64,000 nt of DNA from Eledone cirrhosa. Its lineage: Eukaryota. The notes beneath the pieces were generated by a model. It was not told where the DNA came from and did not search any database. It saw only the letters and a list, made by a program, of their open reading frames with translations. Below are positions 50,815 to 63,770 of the stretch, piece after piece (positions within the stretch are counted from its first letter, which is position 1; every line of letters starts with the position of its first letter). Location of the stretch: the NCBI GenBank assembly GCA_964016885.1, contig OZ024761.1:11408001-11472000 (forward strand), written 5' to 3'. The position numbers and the translations under genes were made by a program.

Positions 50815-51043
50815 TATCTCTGTTGCCAGTCGTTACGTGTTTAATATATATATATATGTGTGTGTGTGTGTCTTTTAGTATAGTTTCATTTTCTTATTTC
50901 GTCACTTACAAATATGTGTGGTACAGTAAGCACCGCCAACCCACGTACTTCTACCACACCCTGTCACCGCCTTATTCACACATCTCATATATGTATGTGT
51001 GGTGCCCCAGCATGGTCTCGGCACGTCGGCTGACACACGCAAG

Positions 51044-51106
<63 letters not shown>

Positions 51107-51222
51107 ATAAATGATAGTAGATCTGTGTTCTGTTAATAGACGGAGGGAGAACAATTTCACCACCAAATGAAACAGTACTAGTCCTGTAGTAGTCTCTTCT
51201 ATATGATCTCTTCCACTCTCTC

Positions 51223-51268
<46 letters not shown>

Positions 51269-51431
51269 CACACACACACACACACTCATATAATGTATGT
51301 ATGTATATGTATGTGTATATATATATACACTTACATATTTAGATTACTCAAATTACGCTTTGTTGGTTGTTACGCTAAGTTTGAACTGTGTTATATATAT
51401 ATATATATATCTACACACACACACACACACA

Positions 51432-51511
51432 CAGGGGTGTCCCCCCCAAAATGTATACACACTTCAACAGCATTCTAATCCAAATGGGTATACATTTTTG
51501 GAGTCACTCTG
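51432..51511. mobile_element. Tiny Tc1/mariner-type MITE
   Basis: caggggtgtccccccaaaatgtatac ... gtatacatttttggagtcactctg imperfect TIRs. Confidence 0.45.
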
Positions 51512-51543
51512 TGTACACACACACACACACACACACACGTATA

Positions 51544-51721
51544 ACCCCGACGGCAGAGCTCAAGCCGTTTCGACGGCTAATTCTGGACTGAATTAGGCCG
51601 TCGAAACGGCTTGAGCTCTGCCGTCGGAGTCATACTTGTTCCTATTACCCACTCTACTATCCTAAGTATTGAGTACTTTGGTGCGTTATGGTCCATCTGG
51701 TTCCTTACCACATTTCCTTCG

Positions 51722-51724
<3 letters not shown>
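51544..51724 (+). mobile_element. Short TA-embedded palindromic element family B (other copies 48958-49122 and 49995-50130, inverted)
   Basis: About 37-bp inverted arms ccgacggcagagctcaagccgtttcgacggc, shared tail with tattgagtact...tggttccttaccac. Confidence 0.6.
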
Positions 51725-51770
<46 letters not shown>

Positions 51771-52284
51771 AAAATTGAACGGGAACAAAACAGAGAGGCA
51801 GTACAAACAAAGGTTTATTAATTTCACGCTCTTGAGAGTGGGGTGGTGTATATATACCATTTGGTCTATATACGCCTTTGCAGTTTGGCTTGAACGAGGT
51901 GCAAAGGCAAGCCGGCCAAATATAGCCTGGCTGCAGTGCTTATGTACACTTGGAGAATGTTTGTACACCCATTTAGGATGTCGAATGGACAGGACAGTTA
52001 TACTTGCAGGAAGGTACCTGTTCTTCGATATACATACATACACATACACACACATATATATATATGTATATATGTATGTGTGTGTGTGTGTGTATGTTGG
52101 TGTTGTCTGTTTTTTTTACGAGAAGGTGCGATGGTGGGGGTTGTTGTGGTCTGAGGTGTATATATTATGTCTGTACTGACAGGCTCCCCCCCTCTCTCTC
52201 TGCCAGCTAGATCTCCAATATTTATTGATGCTGGTTGTTGGAGATGTTTATATTGGCAAGGTCGGTCGTATCTAATACAGCCAG

Positions 52285-52319
<35 letters not shown>

Positions 52320-52924
52320 AGCAGAGAGGGGAGAGAGAGAGACAGACAGAGGTAGGGGAAGACCGACATAAGCAGAGAGAGAAGATAGATGAGAGAGATA
52401 GAGAGACAGTGAGAGAAACGAAGCAGAGAGACAGAAAGAAGCAGGATTAAAGAGACAGATTGCCAGAAAGAGAGATTGGGAGAGATAGACAGTGAGAGAG
52501 ACAGAAAGAAGCAGGATTAGAGAGACAGATTGCCAGAGAGAGAGAGAGAGAGACTGACAGAGAGACAGAAAGAAGCAGGATTAGAGAGACAGATTGCCAG
52601 AAAGAGAGAGAGAGATTGGGAGAGATAGACAGTGAGAGAGACAGAAAGAAGCAGGATTAGAGAGACAGATTGGGAGAGAGATAGAGAGATAGACAGAAAG
52701 AAGCAGGATTAGAGAGAGAGAGAGAGAGAGAGAGAAAACCAAAGAAAAAGATGGATGTTATGTTGGTTGTAGTTATGGAGTAGAAGAGTTCAGCCTTTAA
52801 TGTGGCTGTATTTTTCATTCTTTTGGTTTTATTTTCGTGTCGTCTGGAACTAACGATGTTTATATTGGCAAGGTCGTGTAACACAACTGGACATCTCATG
52901 ACTAATTTTATAGACTGATGATGA

Positions 52925-53005
52925 TGGTGTATGTGTATGTATATATATCTATGTGTGTGTGTGTGTGTGTGTATGTATGTGTATATGTATGTGTATATGC
53001 ACTTA

Positions 53006-53060
<55 letters not shown>

Positions 53061-53167
53061 ATATGTATGTGTGTATATGCACTTGTGTGTGTGTATTTAT
53101 ATATATATGTATATATGTCTGTATGTGTATATGCACTTATGTATATATGTATGTGTATATGCACTTA

Positions 53168-53216
<49 letters not shown>

Positions 53217-53323
53217 ATATGTATGTGTGTATATGCACTTGTGTGTGTGTATTTATATATATATGTATATATGTCTGTATGTGTATATGCACTTATGTAT
53301 ATATGTATGTGTATATGCACTTA

Positions 53324-53362
<39 letters not shown>

Positions 53363-53446
53363 ATATGCACTTATGTATATATATATGTATGTATGTATAG
53401 ATATATGTATGTGTGACTATATATGTATACATGCACCTATATATGC

Positions 53447-53494
<48 letters not shown>

Positions 53495-53508
53495 GCATAT
53501 ATATATGC

Positions 53509-53566
<58 letters not shown>

Positions 53567-53580
53567 GCATATATATATGC

Positions 53581-53645
<65 letters not shown>

Positions 53646-53705
53646 TTTGGGTTTATTGGTTCACCACTGGATAGAACTGGTCAATCCGTATAGTCAACCA
53701 TGGTG

Positions 53706-53752
<47 letters not shown>

Positions 53753-53772
53753 CATATGTATATATATATGTA

Positions 53773-53849
<77 letters not shown>

Positions 53850-53882
53850 GCATATATATATATTTATATATATATATATATA
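52925..53882. repeat. Compound (TA)/(TG) microsatellite with tatgcactt motif
   Basis: Direct inspection. Confidence 0.9.
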
Positions 53883-54108
53883 AAGAAGTGTGACAATACT
53901 CTGACATGTTTATATTGACATTTGTCAGGATCCAGATTCTAGATTACTTATGTCAATATTGGTCTCCCCCCCCCCCCTCCCGCCTCTCCCCCCCTCTCTA
54001 TGTACACAGACAGACACACACGTACACACAACCACAACATTTCAAAATGAAAACATCAGAGCATTGAATAGATAGAGATTCTTAGAAAGCATTTACATAT
54101 CAAACCCA

Positions 54109-54226
<118 letters not shown>

Positions 54227-54445
54227 ATTGTGTATATATATATATAATTGGAGGCTTAGTAAAATCGAATCTTTGGCGGTGTGCAAGCAAATTCGACCTA
54301 CGATATGAATGAGTGAGCAAAGCACTTGACAAGGGTAGGTCCTTAGAGTAATAACATACGTTTAAATAGCTAGACAAATTGAACATTGTGGTAGGCAAAA
54401 TCTAACACACAATACCAAAGTAACGAAAGAGCTAACAGGTTGAAA

Positions 54446-54523
<78 letters not shown>

Positions 54524-54737
54524 TAATTACAACAGTGACATAAGCAGGTACTCAAGTTTCCTTGGGTTCTGGGCCCCAATTCATTCAGCCTATATGAGTT
54601 GGGGCCCAGAACCTAACGAAACTTGAGTACCTGCTTATGTCACTGTTGTAATTATTTATACTAATCTCGTCCTATGGACTGAGTGCTCTTACTCTTGGAT
54701 ATTTCCACTTAACTTTTACTCCGATATATATATATAA

Positions 54738-54920
54738 TATAGAAATGGGTTCTACAGGACTAGAACTGTTTTATTCGGGAGAAATCATCAGGGCTTCCTG
54801 ATGATTTCTCCCACATGAAACAGTTCTAGTCCTGCAGAAGCCATTTCTAAATTAAATATTTATACTCTGCTATGTATTGAGTACCTTACTTACTGTGGTT
54901 ACCCCCGATTGAACCAGGGA
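54738..54920 (+). mobile_element. Hammerhead-bearing short element family A, palindromic copy in (TA)n
   Basis: Inverted arms around atcatcag-ggcttc-ctgatga, followed by tail tattgagtaccttacttactgtggttacccccgattgaacc. Each arm has one core substitution. Confidence 0.65.
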
Positions 54921-55315
54921 TATATATATATATATATATATATAATATAAAACGAAAAATCAGTGATGCATCTGGACTCAATTTATTGTGTTACAATTGT
55001 TTCGCCGGGGGACAGCTTGAGACGCGATCATTGTGTGGATCTGTCTGATTCTGGACCCGCAGGTTCGACGGACACGTCTAATGATTTCGGGGCATATTCT
55101 TCCGAGAGTGGAAGAATATGCCCCGAAATCATTAGACATGTCCGTCGAATCTGCGGGTCCAGAAACAATTGTAACACTGTAACACTTTTACAGTTGTAAC
55201 ACTGTAATAATTGTAACACTGATTTTTCGTTTTACATTATATCATACTCTGCTCTGTAAGAACATAGAGTGCTCAACCGGCATACCACCTATGGAAGCAT
55301 CTTAGCTACCATCCG

Positions 55316-55346
<31 letters not shown>

Positions 55347-55731
55347 CGGGGTAACAAATTATTGTTATAGGTAGTCCACTTAAGTGTAGTCCAGTTAGGG
55401 TACTCCGGGTAGTGGATGATATCAACGCTTGGCTAAGTTTGACTCAACAAGGCGTTTCCATAGTGATATATATATATATATAACCCAACGACTTATTTTA
55501 AAAATAAAAATATCCAATACTAATAATAATATAAGTAAACAACTCCATTATCCTGGAGCTTCCAACAGTAATGGTTGCATTTTTTAAGGGTATGTCAATA
55601 TTTATTTATAAAATTGATCTATATTATATTTTGTCTGATGAAAGCACACCATAATTTAACTTGGTGTCCTTGAAATATTTTATAATGAAATAAATATGGT
55701 TTTATAAATATAGTTTCCATTTGTTAATATC

Positions 55732-55791
<60 letters not shown>

Positions 55792-56378
55792 ATGAGTTAT
55801 TCTTTAAAAAATGAACTATATTTTATTCATGGTTGGTTTAGTGACACAGTTGTAAGTCTGTTTAATAATAATTCTGGTCTTAATATTCACACACACACAC
55901 ACATATATCGTGTGTGTGTGTGTGTGTGTTCTGAGACTGGCCCAATGCCATAGAGTTGCTAGGCGTATTATCTAGATTGTTGAAACAACTCCAGCTGAAT
56001 TAAATAAAAGGTTGATCCTGGCTAAATTTGGACTGGAAACAGATTGGATGGTATATCAAATACTACAGCCATTACAGCTGGTTCTGTCACTTTATAATAA
56101 TGAAATTATTGTGTACAGTGCTCAGGTGCACTACAACTCATCAAAGGTGCATGTATAATACATAGAAAACCCGCCAGACAGTCCTATGCGAGCAAGACAA
56201 TCACTCTTGCCTCAAGTGGGAAAACCCCCGTCCAATCCCATGCAAGCGTGGAACACGGACGTTAAACGTTGATGATGATGATAGAATAATGTACAAATGT
56301 CAAGAAAGTGAACAGTGTATGAGTCATGATATACACACACACACACACACACACATACATATATATATACACACACAC

Positions 56379-56410
<32 letters not shown>

Positions 56411-56439
56411 ATGTATGTATATATGATAATAATGAAATT

Positions 56440-57250
56440 ATTGTGATAATAATGAAATTATTGTGTAGAGTGTTCAGGTGCACTACAACTCATCAAATGT
56501 GCATGTATAGTACATAGAATAATGTACAAATGTCAGGAAAATAAACAGTGTATGAGTCATGATATATATATGTGCGTGTGTATGGATGGGGGGGGGGGAT
56601 ATCAGGTGTAGTGTTGGCGAATTTCAGGAAGCATCGAGGTTTTAAAGGATGCAGTGTCTCGACAGCTAACAACTGATGCAGGTAGTTTGTTCCATGGAGG
56701 TTTTAAAGGATGCAGTGTCTCGACAGCTAACAACTGATGCAGGTAGTTTGTTCCATGGAGGTTTTAAAGGATGCAGTGTCTCGACAGCTAACAACTGATG
56801 CAGGTAGTTTGTTCCATGGAAGTTTTAAAGGATGCAGTGTCTCGACAGCTAACAACTGATGCAGGGAGTTTGTTCCATGGAGGTTTTAAAGGATGCAGTG
56901 TCTCGACAGCTAACAACTGATGCAGGTAGTTTGTTCCATGGAAGTTTTAAAGGATGCAGTGTCTCGACAGCTAACAACTGATGCAGGGAGTTTGTTCCAT
57001 GGAGGTTTTAAAGGATGCAGTGTCTCGACAGCTAACAACTTATGCAGATAGTTTGTTCCATGCTTCAGCAACTCTGAGCATGAAAAAATGCTTTCGAAAG
57101 TCATGGGAGCTGTGCTATTTTCTGACTTTGTAGGCATGCCCTCGTGTCTTAGACACATGGAAATCAAAAAGGTGCTCAGGGTTGTTGTTGGAAAGATGGT
57201 CAATAATTTTGTGGGTGTTTACCAAGTCAGTTGCCAGACGTTGGAGCTTC
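56440..57250 (-). mobile_element. CR1-clade LINE 3' end with (ATT)n tail; related 3' ends at 56095-56330, 46078-46420 (-) and 12316-12380 (+)
   Basis: Minus-strand frame FRKHFFMLRVAEAWNKL..VVSCRDTASFK. Shared tail gatgagttgtagtgcacctgagcactgtacacaataatttcattattatt. Confidence 0.7.
56637..57062. repeat. 61-bp tandem repeat (7 copies) derived from the CR1 ORF2 end
   Basis: Unit ggttttaaaggatgcagtgtctcgacagctaacaactgatgcaggtagtttgttccatgga. Confidence 0.93.
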
Positions 57251-57582
57251 AATAAATACCCCCAAAGGAGGGGGTATATTTAATACGGCTACCATTACAT
57301 CTGGTTCCCTGTCCCTTTATAAATACCCTCCAAAGAAAGGGGTATATTAAATATTGCTGTCATTACAGTTGGGTCTCTGTCCCTTTATAAATACCCCCCC
57401 CCCCCAAAAAAAGGGGGTATATTAAATACTGCAGCCATTATAGCAGGGTCTCTGTCCCTTTATAAATGCCCCCAACTGTTATCAGTAAAAGGAGGGGGTA
57501 TATTATTGAATATTGCATATTATTAAATATACAGCATATGTGTATATATGTATATGTGTGTGTGTGTATATAAATATGGTTG

Positions 57583-57630
<48 letters not shown>

Positions 57631-57747
57631 CAACAATATTTATATACATAAAATTAAATTAACAAAATTCTTCTTTTTCTTCTTCTTCTTCTAATTATAT
57701 TTTCTTTCTTTCTTCTTCAACACCACCAACAACAACAACACCAACAG

Positions 57748-58000
57748 CAGTTCTACTACTACGGCAACTACAACATCAAGTGCTGGAACTGGCAGTCCAA
57801 GTGACACTAGTATTACCACTACTGCTGCTGGGGACAGCGACAGCCCACTGGTCAAGGGTCCACACAGCAGCAGCAGCAAGGCCAGCAGCAAATCATTGAA
57901 ACAGCAGCAGAAACAACAACAACAGCAGCAGAAACAACAGCAGCAGCAGCAGCAGAAACAACAACAACAGCAGCAGAAACAACAACAGCAGCAGCAGAAA

Positions 58001-58034
<34 letters not shown>

Positions 58035-58572
58035 CCTTGACGAAGAAGAATCCGCCGAAGCGGCACCCCCCTCCGTCACATCCCCCACCACCACCCCCTG
58101 ACCTCAGTATAGGCGGTGGAGCCAACTGGAGCCAGCACAGCTTGACTTGTGTGACTACTGTTGGGGGCAACAGCAGCCATCAACAGCAGCAGTCCTACAA
58201 CAACAACAACAACAACAACAGTAAACACAATACTATCACAGCTAAGAAGAACAATAGAAAAAACTCTGCTCCCACCTCGTCCACCGTCTCAACTTCGACT
58301 GATAGCATTACCAGCAGCGGTGTGACCACCACCACCATCACCACCAGCAGCAGTAGTGAGAGTGTTACAAGTCCTGGCTGGTCAAGTGGTTGTTGGAAGC
58401 CTCTGTCGATTATGGCAAGGAAACGTGACGACAAGAGCCCCGCAAGGAACTACAGTGGGGACCGACAGGAACGTAAGATGGAGTCTTACTTGGCTGACGA
58501 TGAGAACTACCCCAGCTTCTCGAAACAGGTCGTTAAGCTGGGCCTACAGTTGAGAGACATTCCAGCAGATGG
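57748..58572 (+). CDS. OTUD3: OTUD3-like deubiquitinase exon; conserved part from ATG 58412, upstream in-frame low-complexity/polyQ tract may be coding or UTR
   Basis: MARKRDDK...ESYLADDENYPSFSKQVVKLGLQLRDIPADG then GG|gtgagt donor, just before the expected OTU NCLFRA motif. Pyrimidine tract and cagcag acceptor near 57747. The 5' boundary is uncertain. Confidence 0.72.
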
Positions 58573-58664
58573 GTGAGTACTTCATGTGATTAACACAAAC
58601 TTTCAACACCATCTAGACATACATGTATATATACATATATATATATACTTGTACATATATATAT

Positions 58665-58850
58665 TTAATATAGAAAAGGCTTCTACAAGACTAAAACTGT
58701 TTCATTTGGGAGAAATCATCAGGGCTTCCTGAAAATTTCTCCCGAATAAAACAGTTCTAGTCCTGTAGAAGCCATTTCTATATTAAATATTTATTCTCTG
58801 CTTTGTATTGTGTACCTTACTTACTGTGGTTAACTCGGGATAAACTTATA
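58665..58850 (+). mobile_element. Hammerhead-bearing short element family A, palindromic copy
   Basis: Same arms and tail as 54738-54920, TA-repeat flanks. Confidence 0.65.
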
Positions 58851-58914
58851 TATATATATACTTGTACATACACATATACACACCTGTACATATATATATA
58901 TATATATATATATA

Positions 58915-59354
58915 CTAGCCGAATTACCTGCACTTTGCTGCGTTTCACACATTTTTTTTTGTAAGAAAATGATGATTAATTTTAAATCAGTGATATAATT
59001 TATGGAGAAAAACTCCATTAGGGTGTCTTAATATTATTGAAATTTGCTGAAATTTTGTGAATAGGCATCATATCTTGTCATTTACCTATGGTTTAAATTT
59101 CATATAAATCGAAGGGAAAATATTTTCACCGGGGGTTTTCAACAGGCGTTTTCAATGGGGGTTTGTGCCCCTGGGGAACCCTTTGATTAAAATGAAATAT
59201 ACTTATCCAAATACCCTGGACAATGTAGTGGACAATATATATGGATGTGGGGGGGGGGGGGGGGGGGGGTCTATCTCTAAAACTATAGGAGGAGTTTGTG
59301 AACAAACAAACCAACAGACAGGAATACAACTTTATATATACATATATACACAGA
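58915..59354 (-). mobile_element. Non-autonomous Helitron-like element
   Basis: Minus strand starts A|TC and ends CTAG|T with a GC-richer subterminal segment. Internal aaac/agac microrepeat typical of such elements. Confidence 0.45.
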
Positions 59355-59490
59355 TAAATCTACCACTCAATAGTAGGGTCTAAGCCGTATAAAGAACTCA
59401 ATGTAATCCGTATGTAGATGTTGTGAAGCGAAGTTTAAAATACAAACATTTTTATCAACGATATAATTCAATTGGATACAGAGTCAAAAT

Positions 59491-59903
59491 AGAAATATTA
59501 AAATAATGAAATTAAACACAAAACTGTTAATTCATAGTAAAACACATTATTTTACGATCGTTTCTGGGGGGTAGTTCCCTGTATGTTCATTCAATTATTG
59601 ATCTATGTAAAACATATTACAAAATATCATAGGGAGAAAAAAATACGTCTTCACCACCCACCGTCTTCAGAAATAATGAGTTTTGTTTATTGAAGAATAC
59701 AAAAAAAACATACATATGAATAAGTAAGGTTTTATAACCAGGTTGAAGGTTTTTTTTCTCAGTATGATATTTTGTAATATGTTTTACATAGATCAATAAT
59801 TGAATGAACATACAGGGAACTACCCCCCAGAAACGATCGTAAAATAATGAGTTTTACTATGAATTAACAGTTTAGTGTTTAATTTCATTGTTTTAATATT
59901 TCT
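59491..59903. repeat. Long near-perfect inverted repeat (about 150-bp arms, about 110-bp spacer)
   Basis: agaaatattaaaataatgaaatt...acgatcgtttctggggggtagttccctg... is mirrored at 59752-59903. Confidence 0.9.
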
Positions 59904-60047
59904 CTCTCTATATATATATATTTATATGTAGGAAGCAATTTAACAGTTGTACCAAGTATCTACAGATACACAAACATGTATATGTAAATTTATGTCATCT
60001 TAAGTTGTTTTATGTGTATGTATATATACCTACACACACACACATAC

Positions 60048-60078
<31 letters not shown>

Positions 60079-60446
60079 CGTATGTGTGTGTGTGTGTGTG
60101 TATACATACACATATATATATATATCATCATCATCATATGTCCGCTTTTCCCTGCTTGCAAGGGTGGGACGGGAACTGATTCTGGCTTGATTTCTACAGC
60201 TGGATGCCCTTCCTAACACCGACCTCATTTACAGTGAGTGCTGGGTGCTTTTTTTGCCGTGGCACCTCTACGACAGTGGAATGATATGGACCCCAGTCCC
60301 TATCATCTCATTTCTACAGCTGAGTAAACTGGAGCAATGTGAAATAAAGTGTCTTGCTCAAGGAAACAACACATACCTGGTCTGAGAATTGAACTCACAA
60401 CCTTTCGATTGCAAGACCAATGCTCTAACCACTAAGCCATGTGCCT

Positions 60447-60447
<1 letters not shown>

Positions 60448-60500
<53 letters not shown>

Positions 60501-60530
60501 GTATGTGTGTGTGTGTGTATGTATGGATGC

Positions 60531-60562
<32 letters not shown>

Positions 60563-60621
60563 GTATGTATATATATATATGTATGTATATATATATTTAT
60601 ATATGTATATATATATATATG

Positions 60622-60683
<62 letters not shown>

Positions 60684-60709
60684 AATATATGTATATATAT
60701 ATATATAAA

Positions 60710-60773
<64 letters not shown>

Positions 60774-60989
60774 TGTATATATATGTATGTATGTATGTAT
60801 ATATATGTATATATGTATGTATGTATGTATATATATGTATATATGTATATATATATATGTATATATATATATGTATATATATATATATGTATATATATAT
60901 ATGTATATATGTATATATGTATATATATATATGTATATATGTATATATGTATATATATATATGTATGTATGTATATATATGTATATATG

Positions 60990-61020
<31 letters not shown>

Positions 61021-61057
61021 ATATATGTATGTATGTATATATATGTATATATATATG

Positions 61058-61088
<31 letters not shown>

Positions 61089-61133
61089 ATATATGTATGT
61101 ATGTATATATATGTATATATATATGTATATATG

Positions 61134-61190
<57 letters not shown>

Positions 61191-61279
61191 GTATATATAT
61201 ATGTATGTATATATATGTATATATGTATATATATATATATATGTATGTATGTATATATATGTATGTATGTATATATATG

Positions 61280-61310
<31 letters not shown>

Positions 61311-61760
61311 ATATATGTATGTATGTATATATATGTATATATATATGTATGTATGTATATATATGTATATATATATATGTATGTATATATATGTATATAT
61401 ATATATATATGTATGTATGTATGTATATATGTATATATGTATGTATGTATATATGTATGTATGTATATATGTATATATGTATGTATATATATATGTATAT
61501 ATGTATGTATATATATATATATGTATGTATATATATGTATATGTATGCTTGTATATATATATATGTATATATGTATATGTATGCTTGTATATATATGTAT
61601 ATGTATGCTTATATATATATATATGTATATATGTATATGTATGCTTGTATATATATGTATATGTATGCTTATATATATATATATATATATATATACATAC
61701 ATAAGTAAACATGTATGCATACACATGCATATATACATATACATACATAAGTAAATATAT
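60448..61760. repeat. Compound (TA)n/(TATG)n microsatellite
   Basis: Direct inspection. Confidence 0.95.
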
Positions 61761-62074
61761 ACAATTCATGAAATATATAAAAGATGTGTTCATAAATATT
61801 ATCTTCACACACATCTCACACACACACATCTCACACACACACACACATCTCACACACACACACATCTCACACACCCATGTACATGCATATATGTGTGTGT
61901 TTGTGTGTGTCGTATAAATATTTGTATCTGGAATGTGAAATAAACTATACCTTATGGTAAACAAAATGGCTGCAAATGTAGTAATAGAGAATGTTTATAT
62001 ATTAGTATAGACACAGTCTGGCTGTCAATCTGTTAAGCTATGATCATATTACATCTGGGAAGTCGCATCGCTTA

Positions 62075-63770
62075 GTGTGTATATATAGAGTATAGAGTGT
62101 ATATAGAGTATATAGTGTATATATGGAGTATATAGTGTATATATGGAGTATATAGTGTATATATAGAGTATATAGTGTATATATAGAGTATATAGTGTAT
62201 ATATGGAGTATATAGTGTATATATAGAGTATATAGTGTATATATAGTGTATATATGGAGTATATAGTGTATATAGAGTATATAGTGTATATATAGAGTAT
62301 ATATGGAGTATATAGTGTATAGTGTATATATAGAGTATATAGTGTATATATAGAGTATATAGTGTATATATAGAGTATATAGTGTATATATAGAGTATAT
62401 AGTGTATATATGGAGTATATAGTGTATATATAGAGTATATAGTGTATATATAGAGTATATAATGTATATATAGAGTATATAGTGTATATATAGAGTATAT
62501 AGTGTATATATGGAGTATATAGTGTATATATAGAATATATAGTGTATATATAGAGTATATAATGTATATATAGAGTATAGAGTGTATATATAGAGTATAG
62601 AGTGTATATATGGAGTATAGAGTGTATATATGGAGTATAGAGTGTATATATGGAGTGTATAGTGTATATCTAGAGTATATAGTGTATATATGGAGTATAT
62701 AGTGTATAAATAGAGTATAGAGTGTATATAGAGTATATATATAGAGTATAGAGTGTATATAGAGTATATATATAGAGTATATAGAGTATAGAGTGTATAT
62801 AGAGTATATAGTGTATATATGGAGTATATAGTGTATATGTGGAGTATATAGTGTATATATGGAGTATATAGTGTATATATGGAGTATATAGTGTATATAT
62901 AGAGTATAGTGTGTATATATAGAGTATAGTGTGTATATATGGAGTATATAGTGTATATATAGAGTGTATAGTGTATATATTGAGTATAGAGTATATATTG
63001 AGTATATAGTGTATATATAGAGTATAGAGTGTATATAGAGTATATAGTGTATATATAGAGTATATAGAGTGTATATAGAGTATAGAATGTATATATAGAG
63101 TATATAGTGTATATATGGAGTATATAGTGTATATATAGAGTATATAGTGTATATATAGAGTATATAGTGTATATATTGAGTATAGAGTGTATATAGAGTA
63201 TATAGTGTATATATAGAGTATATAGTGTATATATAGAGTATATAGTGTATATATAGAGTATATAGTGTATATATAGAGTATATAGTGTATATATAGAGTA
63301 TATAGTGTATATATATAGAGTATATAGTGTATATATAGAGTATAGAGTGTATATACAGTATAGAGTGTATATATTGAGTATATAGTGTATATATAGAGTA
63401 TATAGTGTATATATTGAGTATAGAGTATATATAGAGTATAGAGTGTATATATAGAGTATAGTGTATATATACAGTATAGAGTGTATATATTGAGTATATA
63501 GTGTATATATAGAGTATATAGTGTATATATAGAGTATAGAGTGTATATATACATTATAGAGTGTATATATACATTATAGAGTGTATATATTGAGTATAGA
63601 GTGTATATACACAGTATAGAGTGTATATATGGAGTATATAGTGTATATATACAGTATAGAGTGTATATATACAGTATAGAGTGTATATATGGAGTATATA
63701 GTGTATATATACAGTATAGAGTGTATATATGGAGTATATAGTGTATATATGGAGTATAGAGTATATATAT
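62075..63770. repeat. 20-bp satellite (about 85 copies)
   Basis: Unit agagtatatagtgtatatat with variants. Confidence 0.95.

Noticed and set aside
55630-55720. Hammerhead candidate CTGATGA-stem-GAAA-AT-rich stem-TA
   Set aside because: Stem II is plausible, but there is no stem I complement and stem III is only AT-rich. Not supportable from one copy.
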